This document shows positions 1 through 8,613 of a stretch of DNA of 64,000 nt, one piece after another (the first letter of the stretch is position 1; every line of letters starts with the position of its first letter). Origin of the DNA: Syntrophales bacterium (GTDB taxonomy: Bacteria; Desulfobacterota; Syntrophia; Syntrophales; PHBD01). The DNA is taken from positions 4,224,001 through 4,288,000 of the forward strand of contig OY764159.1 of NCBI GenBank assembly GCA_963668175.1, in the 5' to 3' direction. A program made the translations under genes and the position numbers. The notes under the pieces are model-generated. The model saw only the letters and a program-made list of their open reading frames with translations. It was not told the origin of the DNA and did no database searches.

Positions 1-2
1 AG

Positions 3-1973
3 GGCAGAAGCCGGGGGAGCATACTGGAAGCCCTGGCAGCCATAGAGGGCATCTATGTGCCGGCCGTTCATAAGGGGAACGAAACCATCAGGAAGAGGGT
101 CATTGCCGATCTGAATGCATGGTTGTATCCGGCGAGCCCCCTGGTCCCTCTCATGAAGACGATACACGACCGGGTGACCCTGGAAATAGCCAGAGGCTGC
201 ACCCGCGGCTGCCGTTTCTGCCAGGCGGGCATGGTATGGCGGCCCGTCCGCGAAAGAAACCCGGAATCCTTGAAAAAGATGGCCGATCAGATGTTGTGTT
301 CGACGGGCTACGATGAGCTTTCCTTGTTATCGTTGAGTTCAGGGGACTACAGCCTGATCGAGCCGCTGTTGTCCGACCTGATGGAGCGCTACTATCACCG
401 ACGGATTGCCATCGGACTGCCGTCGCTCCGCGCAGAAACGCTGAAAGAGCGGTTGATCGAAGAAATCAAGCGCGTTCGGAAGACAAGCTTCACGCTGGCT
501 CCGGAGGCCGGCACCCAGCGGCTGCGCGACGCAATCAACAAGGGCAACAGCGAAGAGGACCTTCTGGCAACGACGGGACGGGTTTTCGATGCGGGCTGGA
601 AATCGGTGAAACTCTATTACATGCTGGGACTGCCCGGCGAAACGGAAGAGGACATGGAAGGAATCGTCGACCTCAGTTACAAGGTTCTGAAGACCGCCAG
701 AAATCGCGGCCAGGTGACGGTCAGCATGTCCACCTTCGTCCCGAAGGCATTCACGCCTTTTCAATGGAACGCACAGATCTCATTGGAAGAAACGCGGCAG
801 AAGCAGGATTACTTCAGAAAACGTCTCAAGCACCGCAACCTGAACGTGAAATGGCACGATGCCCGGATGAGCGTCCTGGAGGGCATTTTCGCCCGGGGCG
901 ACGAGGAGACGGGTTTGCTCTTTGAAGACGCCTTCCGCCGCGGATGCAGGTTCGACGGGTGGACGGACCGGTTCCGGCATGACCTTTGGGAAGAGGCCGT
1001 TCGCGACAGCGGGCTGGCCGTCGATGCATGGCTTAAGTCCAGGAACCTGACGGACAGACTTCCCTGGGACAGGATCGACTGCGGTATCGATCGCCGTTTT
1101 CTCGTTTCCGAATTGGAAAAATCGGCCGCTCGCGAATCAACGGCGGATTGCCGCACCGGCAAGTGCCATCAGTGCGGCGTATGCGATCACATCAACATTC
1201 GTCCGCTGACCGCCGATGCATTACCCGCTTCGAATACGGACCGGCCGCTGCCCCGGACGGAGGCTTCGGCTGGGCAATCATCTTTGCTGACAGGCCGTTT
1301 TCTCCTCCAATTCGCCAAAACGGGCTTGTCCCGCTTTCTTTCCCATTTGGAATTGTCGTCATCCTTGATCCGCGCCATCAATCAGAGCGGTTTGAATTTC
1401 GTCTTTTCGCAGGGTTTCCACCCCCATCCGAAAATTTCCTTCGCCTGTGCGACGTCCGTGGGCATGGCAAGCGAGGGGGAATTCGCGGAGATACAGATAC
1501 AGAGGCATTCAGAGCCCATCGAGAAGATCCTGCAAAGGATCAACGCCTTCCTGCCAGCGGGCGTTGAAGTCCTCACCTTCAGACCCATCCCTTCCTATGG
1601 CCGTTCATTGTCCGAGACGGTCACCGGTTTCGAATACCGCGTCGTTCTGCCCGATGCTGTGCCCCGAGAGGGACTGCCGGCCATAACGGAGCAAATCTCT
1701 GCTTTTATGGCCAGCCGGGAATGGGTTGTCGTCCGGGAAGCGAAAGGAAAGGCCTCCACCAAAAATATTCGCCCGCTGGTGAAAGCATTGACTTTGGAGG
1801 ACGACGCGATTATACGGATGATCGTCGATTTCGGTCCGGAGGGATCGGTGAAGCCCTCGGATATCCTGACCCAGGTTCTCAAGCTGAATCAGGAACTGGT
1901 AAGAACGATGTGTATCGTGAAAGTCGGAACGCTTTTCCGCGAAGAGACAAACACCGGAACATCATGTCCATGA
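3..1973 (+). CDS. Radical SAM protein (TIGR03960-like) fused to a C-terminal radical SAM-linked (TIGR03936/DUF2344-like) domain; 5'-truncated by the window edge
   Basis: CxxxCxxC motif (RGCTRGCRFC), CxxxxCxxCxxC linker, C-terminal FLSHLE...FSQGFHPHPKISF motif; frame is open back to position 3. Confidence 0.85.
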   Translation, partial: GRSRGSILEALAAIEGIYVPAVHKGNETIRKRVIADLNAWLYPASPLVPLMKTIHDRVTLEIARGCTRGCRFCQAGMVWRPVRERNPESLKKMADQMLCSTGYDELSLLSLSSGDYSLIEPLLSDLMERYYHRRIAIGLPSLRAETLKERLIEEIKRVRKTSFTLAPEAGTQRLRDAINKGNSEEDLLATTGRVFDAGWKSVKLYYMLGLPGETEEDMEGIVDLSYKVLKTARNRGQVTVSMSTFVPKAFTPFQWNAQISLEETRQKQDYFRKRLKHRNLNVKWHDARMSVLEGIFARGDEETGLLFEDAFRRGCRFDGWTDRFRHDLWEEAVRDSGLAVDAWLKSRNLTDRLPWDRIDCGIDRRFLVSELEKSAARESTADCRTGKCHQCGVCDHINIRPLTADALPASNTDRPLPRTEASAGQSSLLTGRFLLQFAKTGLSRFLSHLELSSSLIRAINQSGLNFVFSQGFHPHPKISFACATSVGMASEGEFAEIQIQRHSEPIEKILQRINAFLPAGVEVLTFRPIPSYGRSLSETVTGFEYRVVLPDAVPREGLPAITEQISAFMASREWVVVREAKGKASTKNIRPLVKALTLEDDAIIRMIVDFGPEGSVKPSDILTQVLKLNQELVRTMCIVKVGTLFREETNTGTSCP

Positions 1974-3334
1974 ATTCGGACGCATCCAGAGAGAAAGCTG
2001 CAACGATAACGGCAAAGCTTCACCGTGCGGGTTATGAAGCCTACTTTGTGGGGGGCTGTGTCCGCGATATGGTCCGCGGCGTACCGCCCGCGGATTATGA
2101 CATCGTGACCTCGGCGCTTCCGGAACAGGTCCAATCGCTTTTTCCAAGAACCATTCCGGTCGGAGCCGCTTTCGGCGTCATCCTTGTCGTTGAAGACGGC
2201 CATCCGTACGAAGTAGCCACATACCGAACGGAGCACGGATACGAGGACGGACGACATCCGTCTCAGGTGACGTATTCGACGGCAGAGCAAGACGTTCTTC
2301 GGCGGGACTTTACGATCAACGGACTGCTCATGGAACCTGAATCGGGACGGGTCATCGATTACGTGGGGGGCGTTGCTGATATCGAGAACAGGATCGTCCG
2401 CACGATCGGGGACCCGGAAGAACGCTTCACGGAAGATCATCTCCGTATGATCAGGGCCGTAAGGTTTTCGGCCAATCTTTCCTATGGCGTCCACCCGGAA
2501 ACGCTGCAGGCGATCAGGAAAAACGCGCCGCTTGTCCGGAGAATCAGCCGGGAACGTATCCGGGAAGAGATGACCAAGATCCTCACGGGGCGCGGAGCCC
2601 GCTCCGGGGTGGAGATGCTGGCAGAATCGGGCATCCTCAAGGAAATCCTTCCCGAACTCGTCGCTTTGCAGGGCGTTGAGCAACCGCCATTCTACCATCC
2701 GGAAGGCGACGTATGGGAACACACCCTGCGGATGCTCTTCATCCTGTCCGAATCGGCCCCGACCGATCCCAGGCTCGCATGGGCCGTTGTCCTCCATGAC
2801 ATCGGCAAGGCGGTGAGCCGCTCGGAAGACGACGCCGGCGTTCATTTCTACGGCCACGTCCAGACGGGAAAGGAGATTGCCGCAGCGATCCTCGAACGTC
2901 TGAGGTTTTCACGAAGCGACCAGGAAACGATCATGGCCCTGGTTCAGGAGCACATGAAATTCATGCACGTCCGCGACATGCGCCCCAGCAAAATCAAACG
3001 CTTCATCAGGAAGGCCGATTTCGACCTCCATCTCGAACTGCATCGTCTCGACTGCCTCGGGAGCCATGGCATGCTTGACAACTACGAATTTTGCCGCGGG
3101 AAGCTGGATGAATTCACGGTGGAGGAACTCCATCCGCCCAGGTTACTGAACGGCGACGATCTTATCGCCATGGGTTTCCTGCCCGGGAGGCACTTCAAGG
3201 AGATTCTCCGGGAGTTGGAAGACGCCCAGTTGAGCGGTCAGGTTCACTCTACGGAAGAGGCCCGTACCCTGGTCATGACCCGATACGGCGGACTGCTTCC
3301 CGAACCGGACGGACGGAAGGTGACGCCGTCGTGA
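1970..3334 (+). CDS. cca: CCA tRNA nucleotidyltransferase / poly(A) polymerase family protein with HD domain
   Basis: VGGCVRD, DYD, RRDFTIN, EDHLRMIRAVRF, HPEGDVWEH and LHDIGK motifs; ATG at 1970 overlaps the upstream stop (ATGA); 1964 is an alternative start. Confidence 0.9.
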   Translation: MNSDASREKAATITAKLHRAGYEAYFVGGCVRDMVRGVPPADYDIVTSALPEQVQSLFPRTIPVGAAFGVILVVEDGHPYEVATYRTEHGYEDGRHPSQVTYSTAEQDVLRRDFTINGLLMEPESGRVIDYVGGVADIENRIVRTIGDPEERFTEDHLRMIRAVRFSANLSYGVHPETLQAIRKNAPLVRRISRERIREEMTKILTGRGARSGVEMLAESGILKEILPELVALQGVEQPPFYHPEGDVWEHTLRMLFILSESAPTDPRLAWAVVLHDIGKAVSRSEDDAGVHFYGHVQTGKEIAAAILERLRFSRSDQETIMALVQEHMKFMHVRDMRPSKIKRFIRKADFDLHLELHRLDCLGSHGMLDNYEFCRGKLDEFTVEELHPPRLLNGDDLIAMGFLPGRHFKEILRELEDAQLSGQVHSTEEARTLVMTRYGGLLPEPDGRKVTPS

Positions 3335-3352
3335 AGGAAAGCATTCTTCACG
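3330..3352. terminator. Hairpin between convergent genes, possible bidirectional terminator
   Basis: cgtgaagga-aagca-ttcttcacg inverted repeat with one G-U pair. Confidence 0.35.
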
Positions 3353-3374
3353 GCATCTACTTTGATGGGGTTCG

Positions 3375-4721
3375 TCAATAACCGGTTTTTTGAGAATCCC
3401 TGCTGCCGACGACGGTCATACCGATGATGTCGCTCAAATACCCTTTCCCGCGTCTATGCCTTTTGGATTTCACTCCCGGCTGGAGGGTTGTGACGGCGGC
3501 ATGCCCGACAATCTGTCTGCTGCTTTTCTTTCGGGTCTTCTTGTCCCGGGCACTCCAGAAATTGTGAAAAACGAGAATCTCCCCATTGTAACTGCCCATA
3601 TAGAGCATGATGTGCCCCTTGACCCAAAGCAGCGTCATGTAGGGAACGCCTTCTTTGAGAATGATCTTCTCTTTATCTTTCGAGGGAACCTCCCGGAGGT
3701 CGATGAACGATCCTCCCTCCAGAGCCTGATTCTTGGAGTTTCTCGGCATCCATATGCCGAAAGGCACGAACAGGTCCATGATCATGGCGGAACAATCCCT
3801 GTTCTGATAAAGCCCTCCCCATCCGTAGGGTTCATTGATAAGCTCGTTGGCAACCATGGCCATGTTGGTTCGGGTCAGCGGTAAAGGCTTCAGGGCAACG
3901 GCATCCGCCGGAACCACGGCCTTTTCAACGACGGCCCTGCCTGTCTGATTCGCAACGGCCACCGCAATATTCCGTTTCTTGCCGTCGGTACTTTCGCCTT
4001 CGTCCGGAAACAGGGTACCGATAGGCGCATTGAACAAATGCCGGCCGTTCTCGTCATAGATGGAAAGCTTGTCCTTAATCGGAACGACAAATGGTCTCTC
4101 CTTCCATTGTCCGATGAAATCGGCGTCGACGCGGGCCACGTCCTTGGCCGGAAGCCAGCCGTATGTATATCCGGTCTCGACGAAGACCCAGGTCCTGTCT
4201 TTCGTCCAGTGTGACAGATAGACGGGGGTGTTGACGTAAATGGCCGACTGCTGGAAATTATCGAAGGGATAGGTACAGCGTCCTGTTTCGCAATGGTTGA
4301 AATGGGGCCTCCGCGTGGGCAATACCCTCAAGTCCGAATTTGCTATGGCGATGCCCCTGCCTCCGCCGTTGGGAAAACTTTCCAGGTCGATATTTTCGGC
4401 CAGGGAATCTATCCATTCGAGGCTGTGTTTCCTGAGATTCTCGCCGTAGCCCGGATTATGGCGATAGATTTTCAGCTCTTCTTCGATTTCCGCTTTTGTA
4501 TAGCGCGGTTTTTCACAGGTCCAGGGTAAAAAATACATTTTATTGAAAACCGCATCCATCCTCTGCTGCTCTTCCCGAGGCGCCAATTCCTGAGTAGTCG
4601 ATATCTTGTCAAGATAGTAGCGGTGATCCTGCTTTAAAACGCGGATATCCCGAATGACGTCGGACGATCCGAAAAGACCCGATATTATTAACAGCCAGGC
4701 AATCCCGTTATGATAAAACAT
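3375..4721 (-). CDS. NlpC/P60 family cell-wall peptidase with SH3 domains
   Basis: PYGWGG...RDCSA catalytic Cys motif, GHIMLY His, N-terminal hydrophobic signal. Confidence 0.85.
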   Translation of the reverse strand: MFYHNGIAWLLIISGLFGSSDVIRDIRVLKQDHRYYLDKISTTQELAPREEQQRMDAVFNKMYFLPWTCEKPRYTKAEIEEELKIYRHNPGYGENLRKHSLEWIDSLAENIDLESFPNGGGRGIAIANSDLRVLPTRRPHFNHCETGRCTYPFDNFQQSAIYVNTPVYLSHWTKDRTWVFVETGYTYGWLPAKDVARVDADFIGQWKERPFVVPIKDKLSIYDENGRHLFNAPIGTLFPDEGESTDGKKRNIAVAVANQTGRAVVEKAVVPADAVALKPLPLTRTNMAMVANELINEPYGWGGLYQNRDCSAMIMDLFVPFGIWMPRNSKNQALEGGSFIDLREVPSKDKEKIILKEGVPYMTLLWVKGHIMLYMGSYNGEILVFHNFWSARDKKTRKKSSRQIVGHAAVTTLQPGVKSKRHRRGKGYLSDIIGMTVVGSRDSQKTGY

Positions 4722-4929
4722 GAGTGTTTCCCGATTCGCAGTCTAAATATTCATCATGGCCGATTTATTGCTTATTTTAACACAAGACCCTATGAACGGC
4801 AAACGTTATAAATGAATGGCAATACTGAAGAAAGACTGTTATATTATAAGGGTAGATAAAATTCGCAGAATTGAACTTTTTGGAGACCGCTCCTGTTTCC
4901 TGAAAAGACAACAGCTGAGGAGGAATGAC

Positions 4930-5145
4930 ATGGATGAGCAGGTATTGATTTATGGAAAACAGGGGTGACCTTACACGGATATGGCCAGGTCGGTCTATGG
5001 AAAGAGGGCTCTGTTCATCGATGTGAAATTGGATGGCGCAAAGCTTAAGGAGATGCTGAAATTATCCGGTGGATCGAGGCAGGTACCCGTTATCGTCGCC
5101 GCCGGCAAGGTGACCATAGGTTACGGCGGCTCTTGAGGCGTATAA
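4930..5145 (+). CDS. Glutaredoxin-like selenoprotein, 71 aa, two selenocysteines (U13 in UPYT; U69 in C-terminal GGSUGV-stop); Uxx-star-type
   Basis: RBS GAGGAGG at 4917-4923, ATG 4930, in-frame TGA at 4966 and 5134, TAA 5143-5145; reads MDEQVLIYGKQGUPYTDMARSVYGKRALFIDVKLDGAKLKEMLKLSGGSRQVPVIVAAGKVTIGYGGSUGV; Grx motifs QVPVI and IGYGG; hairpin after each TGA. Confidence 0.88.
4979..4998 (+). promoter_or_regulatory. Putative SECIS element for TGA 4966
   Basis: Stem ATA-(T bulge)-GGCC / GGTC-TAT with AGGTC loop starting 18 nt after the TGA; G in the second loop position. Confidence 0.7.
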
Positions 5146-5146
5146 A

Positions 5147-5165
5147 GACCTCCCGTCGGGAGGTT
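5147..5165 (+). promoter_or_regulatory. Putative SECIS element for TGA 5134, located in the 3' UTR
   Basis: GACCTCCC-GTC-GGGAGGTT stem-loop; loop starts with G, 18 nt after the TGA; no poly-U tail. Confidence 0.7.
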
Positions 5166-5325
5166 GTGTCCGGGCGCGAGTGTGGGCCATGAGCCGGTTT
5201 TCACTTCGTTAAAACGTATTATTTTATAATGAGTCTTTCCCCTAATCCGTTGACAAAAGGCGGCCGACGTAATAAATAGTGCAGGGAGGACAAGACTTGA
5301 AATCAAACAAGGAGGTCTAAGTTAT

Positions 5326-5832
5326 ATGTCGGATGAAACCAAAACGATAAATCAGGCCGTAAAAGCGATGGTAGACAAAGAAGGAAAATATCTGACCTTC
5401 TCGCTCGCCGGAGAGGAATACGGTATCGGGATATTGAAGGTGAAAGAGATTATAGGAATGATGTCGATTACCATGGTCCCGCAGACGCCGGTGTATATGA
5501 AAGGGGTCATTAATTTAAGGGGCAAGGTCATCCCTGTCGTCGATCTCAGGATTAAATTCGGGATGGACCCCATCGAATATAACGAGCGAACCTGCATCAT
5601 CGTAGTGGAAATCAGCGGCGAAGGCCGAACCATTCACATGGGCATCGTCGTCGACTCCGTCTCCGAAGTATTGAATATAAAGGCTGCAGACATCGAAGAG
5701 ACACCGAACTTCGGTACTCAGCTCAATACGGAATATATTCTGGGCATGGCCAAATCGGCAGGAGGGATTAAGATCCTCCTCGACATCGATCGCGTCCTGA
5801 GCACGGAAGAAATTGCCGGTATGACGAAATAA
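5326..5832 (+). CDS. cheW: Chemotaxis adaptor CheW
   Basis: KYLTFSL...EEYGI, GVINLRGKVIPVVDLR, GIVVDSVSEV motifs; RBS AAGGAGG upstream. Confidence 0.95.
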   Translation: MSDETKTINQAVKAMVDKEGKYLTFSLAGEEYGIGILKVKEIIGMMSITMVPQTPVYMKGVINLRGKVIPVVDLRIKFGMDPIEYNERTCIIVVEISGEGRTIHMGIVVDSVSEVLNIKAADIEETPNFGTQLNTEYILGMAKSAGGIKILLDIDRVLSTEEIAGMTK

Positions 5833-6003
5833 ATCGCAGCAACAAATACAGCATTTGATGCCCGAGGAGAAGCGGCAAGATAGGGACATGCATCCGTCCG
5901 ATGAGGATTCTTTTATATTCATGAATACGACCCGCTCTGAACGGATAATCGTCGATGGTGCGACCGATGGCCGCCGTCCTACTGCTAAGCGGATCTATAC
6001 CAG

Positions 6004-6900
6004 ATGAGTTCATCACACGGTCGGTTAGATATGTGTGAAAATGCCGCCTCCTCCGATAACCTGCCGAAACTGAAGTCTGAAAACATCGGCGACATTCATC
6101 TCACCTACCTCGATTATGAAACCCAGGGACCGCCCCTGGTATTTTTGCACGCGACGGGGTTTCTGCCCTGGCTTTGGCATCCCGTCGCAAGAAGACTCAC
6201 TGCTGCTTTCCATTCGATCGCCCCGTACTTCTGCGACCACAGGGATTCCAATCCCCGGACCGGCGCCATGCACTGGTCGACATTGGCGGAAGATTTAAAG
6301 TCCCTTTGCGACCGGCTCCGCATAGAAAACGGTTTTTTTGTGGGACATTCCATGGGTGCGACCGTCCTGACGATAGCCGCCGCATCGTACGGGTTGAAAC
6401 CGAAAGCGATGATCCTGATTGAGCCGATCTACCTCCCCGGCGATTTCTATACAAGATCCATCACCGTCGAAGAGCATATCCTCGCCTCGAAAGCCTTAAG
6501 GCGCAGGAACGACTGGAGCGATGACGACGAAGCACGGCAATACCTGGAATCGCGCGACCTGTTCAAAAACTGGGATGGCGAAGCACTCGATCTTTACATC
6601 CGGCATGGATTGACTGAACGCGGCAACGGCAGGCTCCAGCTCGTATGTTCCCCCCAGAGAGAAGCATCATTGTTCATGGGCGGCGTTCACGAAGATCCCT
6701 GGCCTCTCCTTCCCCGCGTCCAATGTCCCGTCCTCGTCATCGAGGGAGAAACGAGCGACAACAAAAAGTTCATAGATCTCAAGAAGGCTTCGTCACTGTT
6801 TCCGAAAGGATCGTACAAGCTTGTAGAAAGCGTGGGGCATCTCATCCCGATGGAGAATCCCCAAGCCGTCATCCGGATTATCGACGACTTTTTTAAATGA
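6004..6900 (+). CDS. Alpha/beta fold hydrolase (start may be 6031)
   Basis: LHATGF oxyanion region, GHSMG nucleophile elbow, GHLIPME catalytic His. Confidence 0.88.
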   Translation: MSSSHGRLDMCENAASSDNLPKLKSENIGDIHLTYLDYETQGPPLVFLHATGFLPWLWHPVARRLTAAFHSIAPYFCDHRDSNPRTGAMHWSTLAEDLKSLCDRLRIENGFFVGHSMGATVLTIAAASYGLKPKAMILIEPIYLPGDFYTRSITVEEHILASKALRRRNDWSDDDEARQYLESRDLFKNWDGEALDLYIRHGLTERGNGRLQLVCSPQREASLFMGGVHEDPWPLLPRVQCPVLVIEGETSDNKKFIDLKKASSLFPKGSYKLVESVGHLIPMENPQAVIRIIDDFFK

Positions 6901-7922
6901 AGGCGCTTCTTCTGACCCCTACCTATTTTCCGCTGCTGACGGGAAATGCCGTCACTGTGGACCGTATCGGTAAACACTTGACGCAATCCGGCATAGCGTC
7001 AACCACACTCAATCTGTCCGAATTAAGAAGCAAGCAGGTGATTCGAACGGCCGAACTTTACCAGCCGGACATCGTTCACGCATTTCACGCCTATAAGTCA
7101 GGCCGCATCGGCCTTCTCGCAAAAGACAGAACAGGGGCTTATCTTATTACAACGATGACAGGAACCGATCTTAACGTCGATTTGAAATCGATGCGGAAGA
7201 GAAGGGCGATTATCGACGTCCTGGATCATTCGGACGCAATAACCGTCTTCAATGAAGCTGCGAGGGAAATTCTTTTACAGGCAAATGTCCCTGAAGAAAA
7301 AGTAACCGTCATTCACCAATCCGTATCTCTTCCCGAAACCCCTTTTATCGATTTTCGCGAGAATTGGAAGATCCGTCGCGATGCCGTAGTTTTTCTCGCC
7401 GTCGGTGCTATAAGGAAGATCAAGAATATAGGGCTCGCTTTTCGGGTTCTGCAAGATTTGAAATGTTGCCTCCCTCAAATTCACTTGATCATCGCCGGCC
7501 CCGTTATCGAAGATGATGCCTTACAAGAACTCCTTTCGGATACAGCCGGCAAAGACTGGGTGACGTATGCAGGTGTTGTGGCCAGAGAAAATATCCGCTC
7601 GCTCTTTCTTTGTGCCGATATTTTTTTGAACACCTCCTTTTCAGAATCCGAAAGCAATGCCATGCTGGAAGCAATCAGTTGCGGGATGATCGTCATCGGT
7701 AGGGATATTCCCGGCAACAGCTCCCTACTGACGGAGGAAACAGGCCTTCTGTTTACGAATAAAAAAGACCTCATGCGGAAAATAATTTACGCCGTGGAAA
7801 ACATCGACAACATGAGGTCCATGCGGGAAAGGGCCGCAGCGCTTGCGTTTCGTGAGTTCGATCAAACGCGGGAACGAAACGGATATGTCGATCTGTATAA
7901 ATTGATAGCGAAAAAAGCTTGA
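6897..7922 (+). CDS. GT4 glycosyltransferase with SenB/GPMC-like N-terminal motifs
   Basis: GNAVTV, HAFHAYKS, TGTDL, RKIK and ESESNAMLEA motifs; ATGA overlap with the hydrolase. Confidence 0.85.
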   Translation: MKALLLTPTYFPLLTGNAVTVDRIGKHLTQSGIASTTLNLSELRSKQVIRTAELYQPDIVHAFHAYKSGRIGLLAKDRTGAYLITTMTGTDLNVDLKSMRKRRAIIDVLDHSDAITVFNEAAREILLQANVPEEKVTVIHQSVSLPETPFIDFRENWKIRRDAVVFLAVGAIRKIKNIGLAFRVLQDLKCCLPQIHLIIAGPVIEDDALQELLSDTAGKDWVTYAGVVARENIRSLFLCADIFLNTSFSESESNAMLEAISCGMIVIGRDIPGNSSLLTEETGLLFTNKKDLMRKIIYAVENIDNMRSMRERAAALAFREFDQTRERNGYVDLYKLIAKKA

Positions 7923-8008
7923 TAAATCGTTACTTTTAGTGTAGATTGCTTTCAATAATTAAGCATTGTATCGGGCATATCAAACAATAGCAAAGGAGGA
8001 AATTTAGA

Positions 8009-8359
8009 ATGGCTAAGGCAAAGCGGGGAGATTTACTCAGTTGTGAAATGTGCGGTCTGGTACTTGTTGTGGACGAGATTAACGGATATGGCATGGCGGA
8101 AGCGCTTTGCTGCGACATTCCGATGGCGAAGGGAAAGGCAGCCGCCAATAAGGCCAAGAGAAAATCGCTGGATATAAAGGCCAAAGGGGCGGCAAAGGCC
8201 GTCGCTGCGAAGCCGAAGGCCGCCGCAAAGAAAACTGCTGCGAAAAAACCCGCAACAAAAAAGGCAGCAGCAAAGAAAGTCGCCGTTAAGAAGCCTGCGG
8301 CCAAAAAAGCCGCGGCCAAGAAACCCGCGGCCAAGAAACCCGCGGCAAAAAAGGCTTAA
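8009..8359 (+). CDS. Small basic protein: N-terminal desulforedoxin-like CxxC-x18-CC domain plus Lys/Ala-rich histone-H1-like tail
   Basis: RBS AAGGAGG; GDLLSCEMCG...LCCDIPM; eight KKxAx pentapeptide repeats. Confidence 0.8.
   Translation: MAKAKRGDLLSCEMCGLVLVVDEINGYGMAEALCCDIPMAKGKAAANKAKRKSLDIKAKGAAKAVAAKPKAAAKKTAAKKPATKKAAAKKVAVKKPAAKKAAAKKPAAKKPAAKKA
8228..8356 (+). repeat. Degenerate 15-bp coding tandem repeat (KKPAA-type, 8 units)
   Basis: KKTAA KKPAT KKAAA KKVAV KKPAA KKAAA KKPAA KKPAA KKA; e.g. repeated aagaaacccgcggcc. Confidence 0.85.
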
Positions 8360-8472
8360 GCGACATCACCGAGATTAAGCATCGTGGTCCCGGGGCAGTC
8401 TGACCGCGGCTGAACTCCGGAACTCAAAAGAATTTCTGATACGACGATTCAAAAGGCGTCAACGATGAATTG

Positions 8473-8508
8473 ACCCCGTCTTTCATATCATGGTTTGAAA
8501 GGCGGGGT
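8473..8508 (+). terminator. Strong stem-loop, probable terminator of the histone-like gene
   Basis: accccgtctttca-N10-tgaaaggcggggt, 13-bp stem with one G-U pair. Confidence 0.55.
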
Positions 8509-8613
8509 TCGTTTCATGTAACATCGATTTTAAAGACATCGGTAAGAAGCGTACATTCCAGGTTTGAGGGAGAATTCCATCTTCTTCGTTTAGACCGGCA
8601 AGGAATCCGGCTT

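Noticed and set aside
1721..1969. N-terminal extension of the 537-aa CCA ORF
   Set aside because: Overlaps the radical SAM gene by about 250 nt; family similarity starts near ATG 1964/1970
1889..2857. Long antisense ORFs (also 22008-22733, 51861-52595, 63086-63832)
   Set aside because: Lie opposite well-supported genes and show no recognisable motifs
4722..4929. Possible riboswitch or ncRNA in the divergent intergenic region
   Set aside because: AT-rich promoter-like sequence with no recognisable riboswitch motif; no tRNA or rRNA genes were recognised anywhere in the window
4930..5145. Reading the glutaredoxin-like gene as a pseudogene with two nonsense mutations, or as genome-wide TGA recoding
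   Set aside because: The first TGA sits at the Grx active-site Cys position and both have equally spaced hairpins; TGA is used as a normal stop by many other genes here
5121..5306. 61-aa minus-strand ORF
   Set aside because: No motifs; overlaps the selenoprotein end, its SECIS and the cheW upstream region
7936..8334. 132-aa Ala/Phe-rich minus-strand ORF
   Set aside because: Antisense shadow of the KKPAA repeats; the plus-strand gene has the RBS
8228..8356. Repeat array as possible CRISPR
   Set aside because: 15-bp in-frame coding repeats without spacers; no cas genes and no CRISPR array seen in the window
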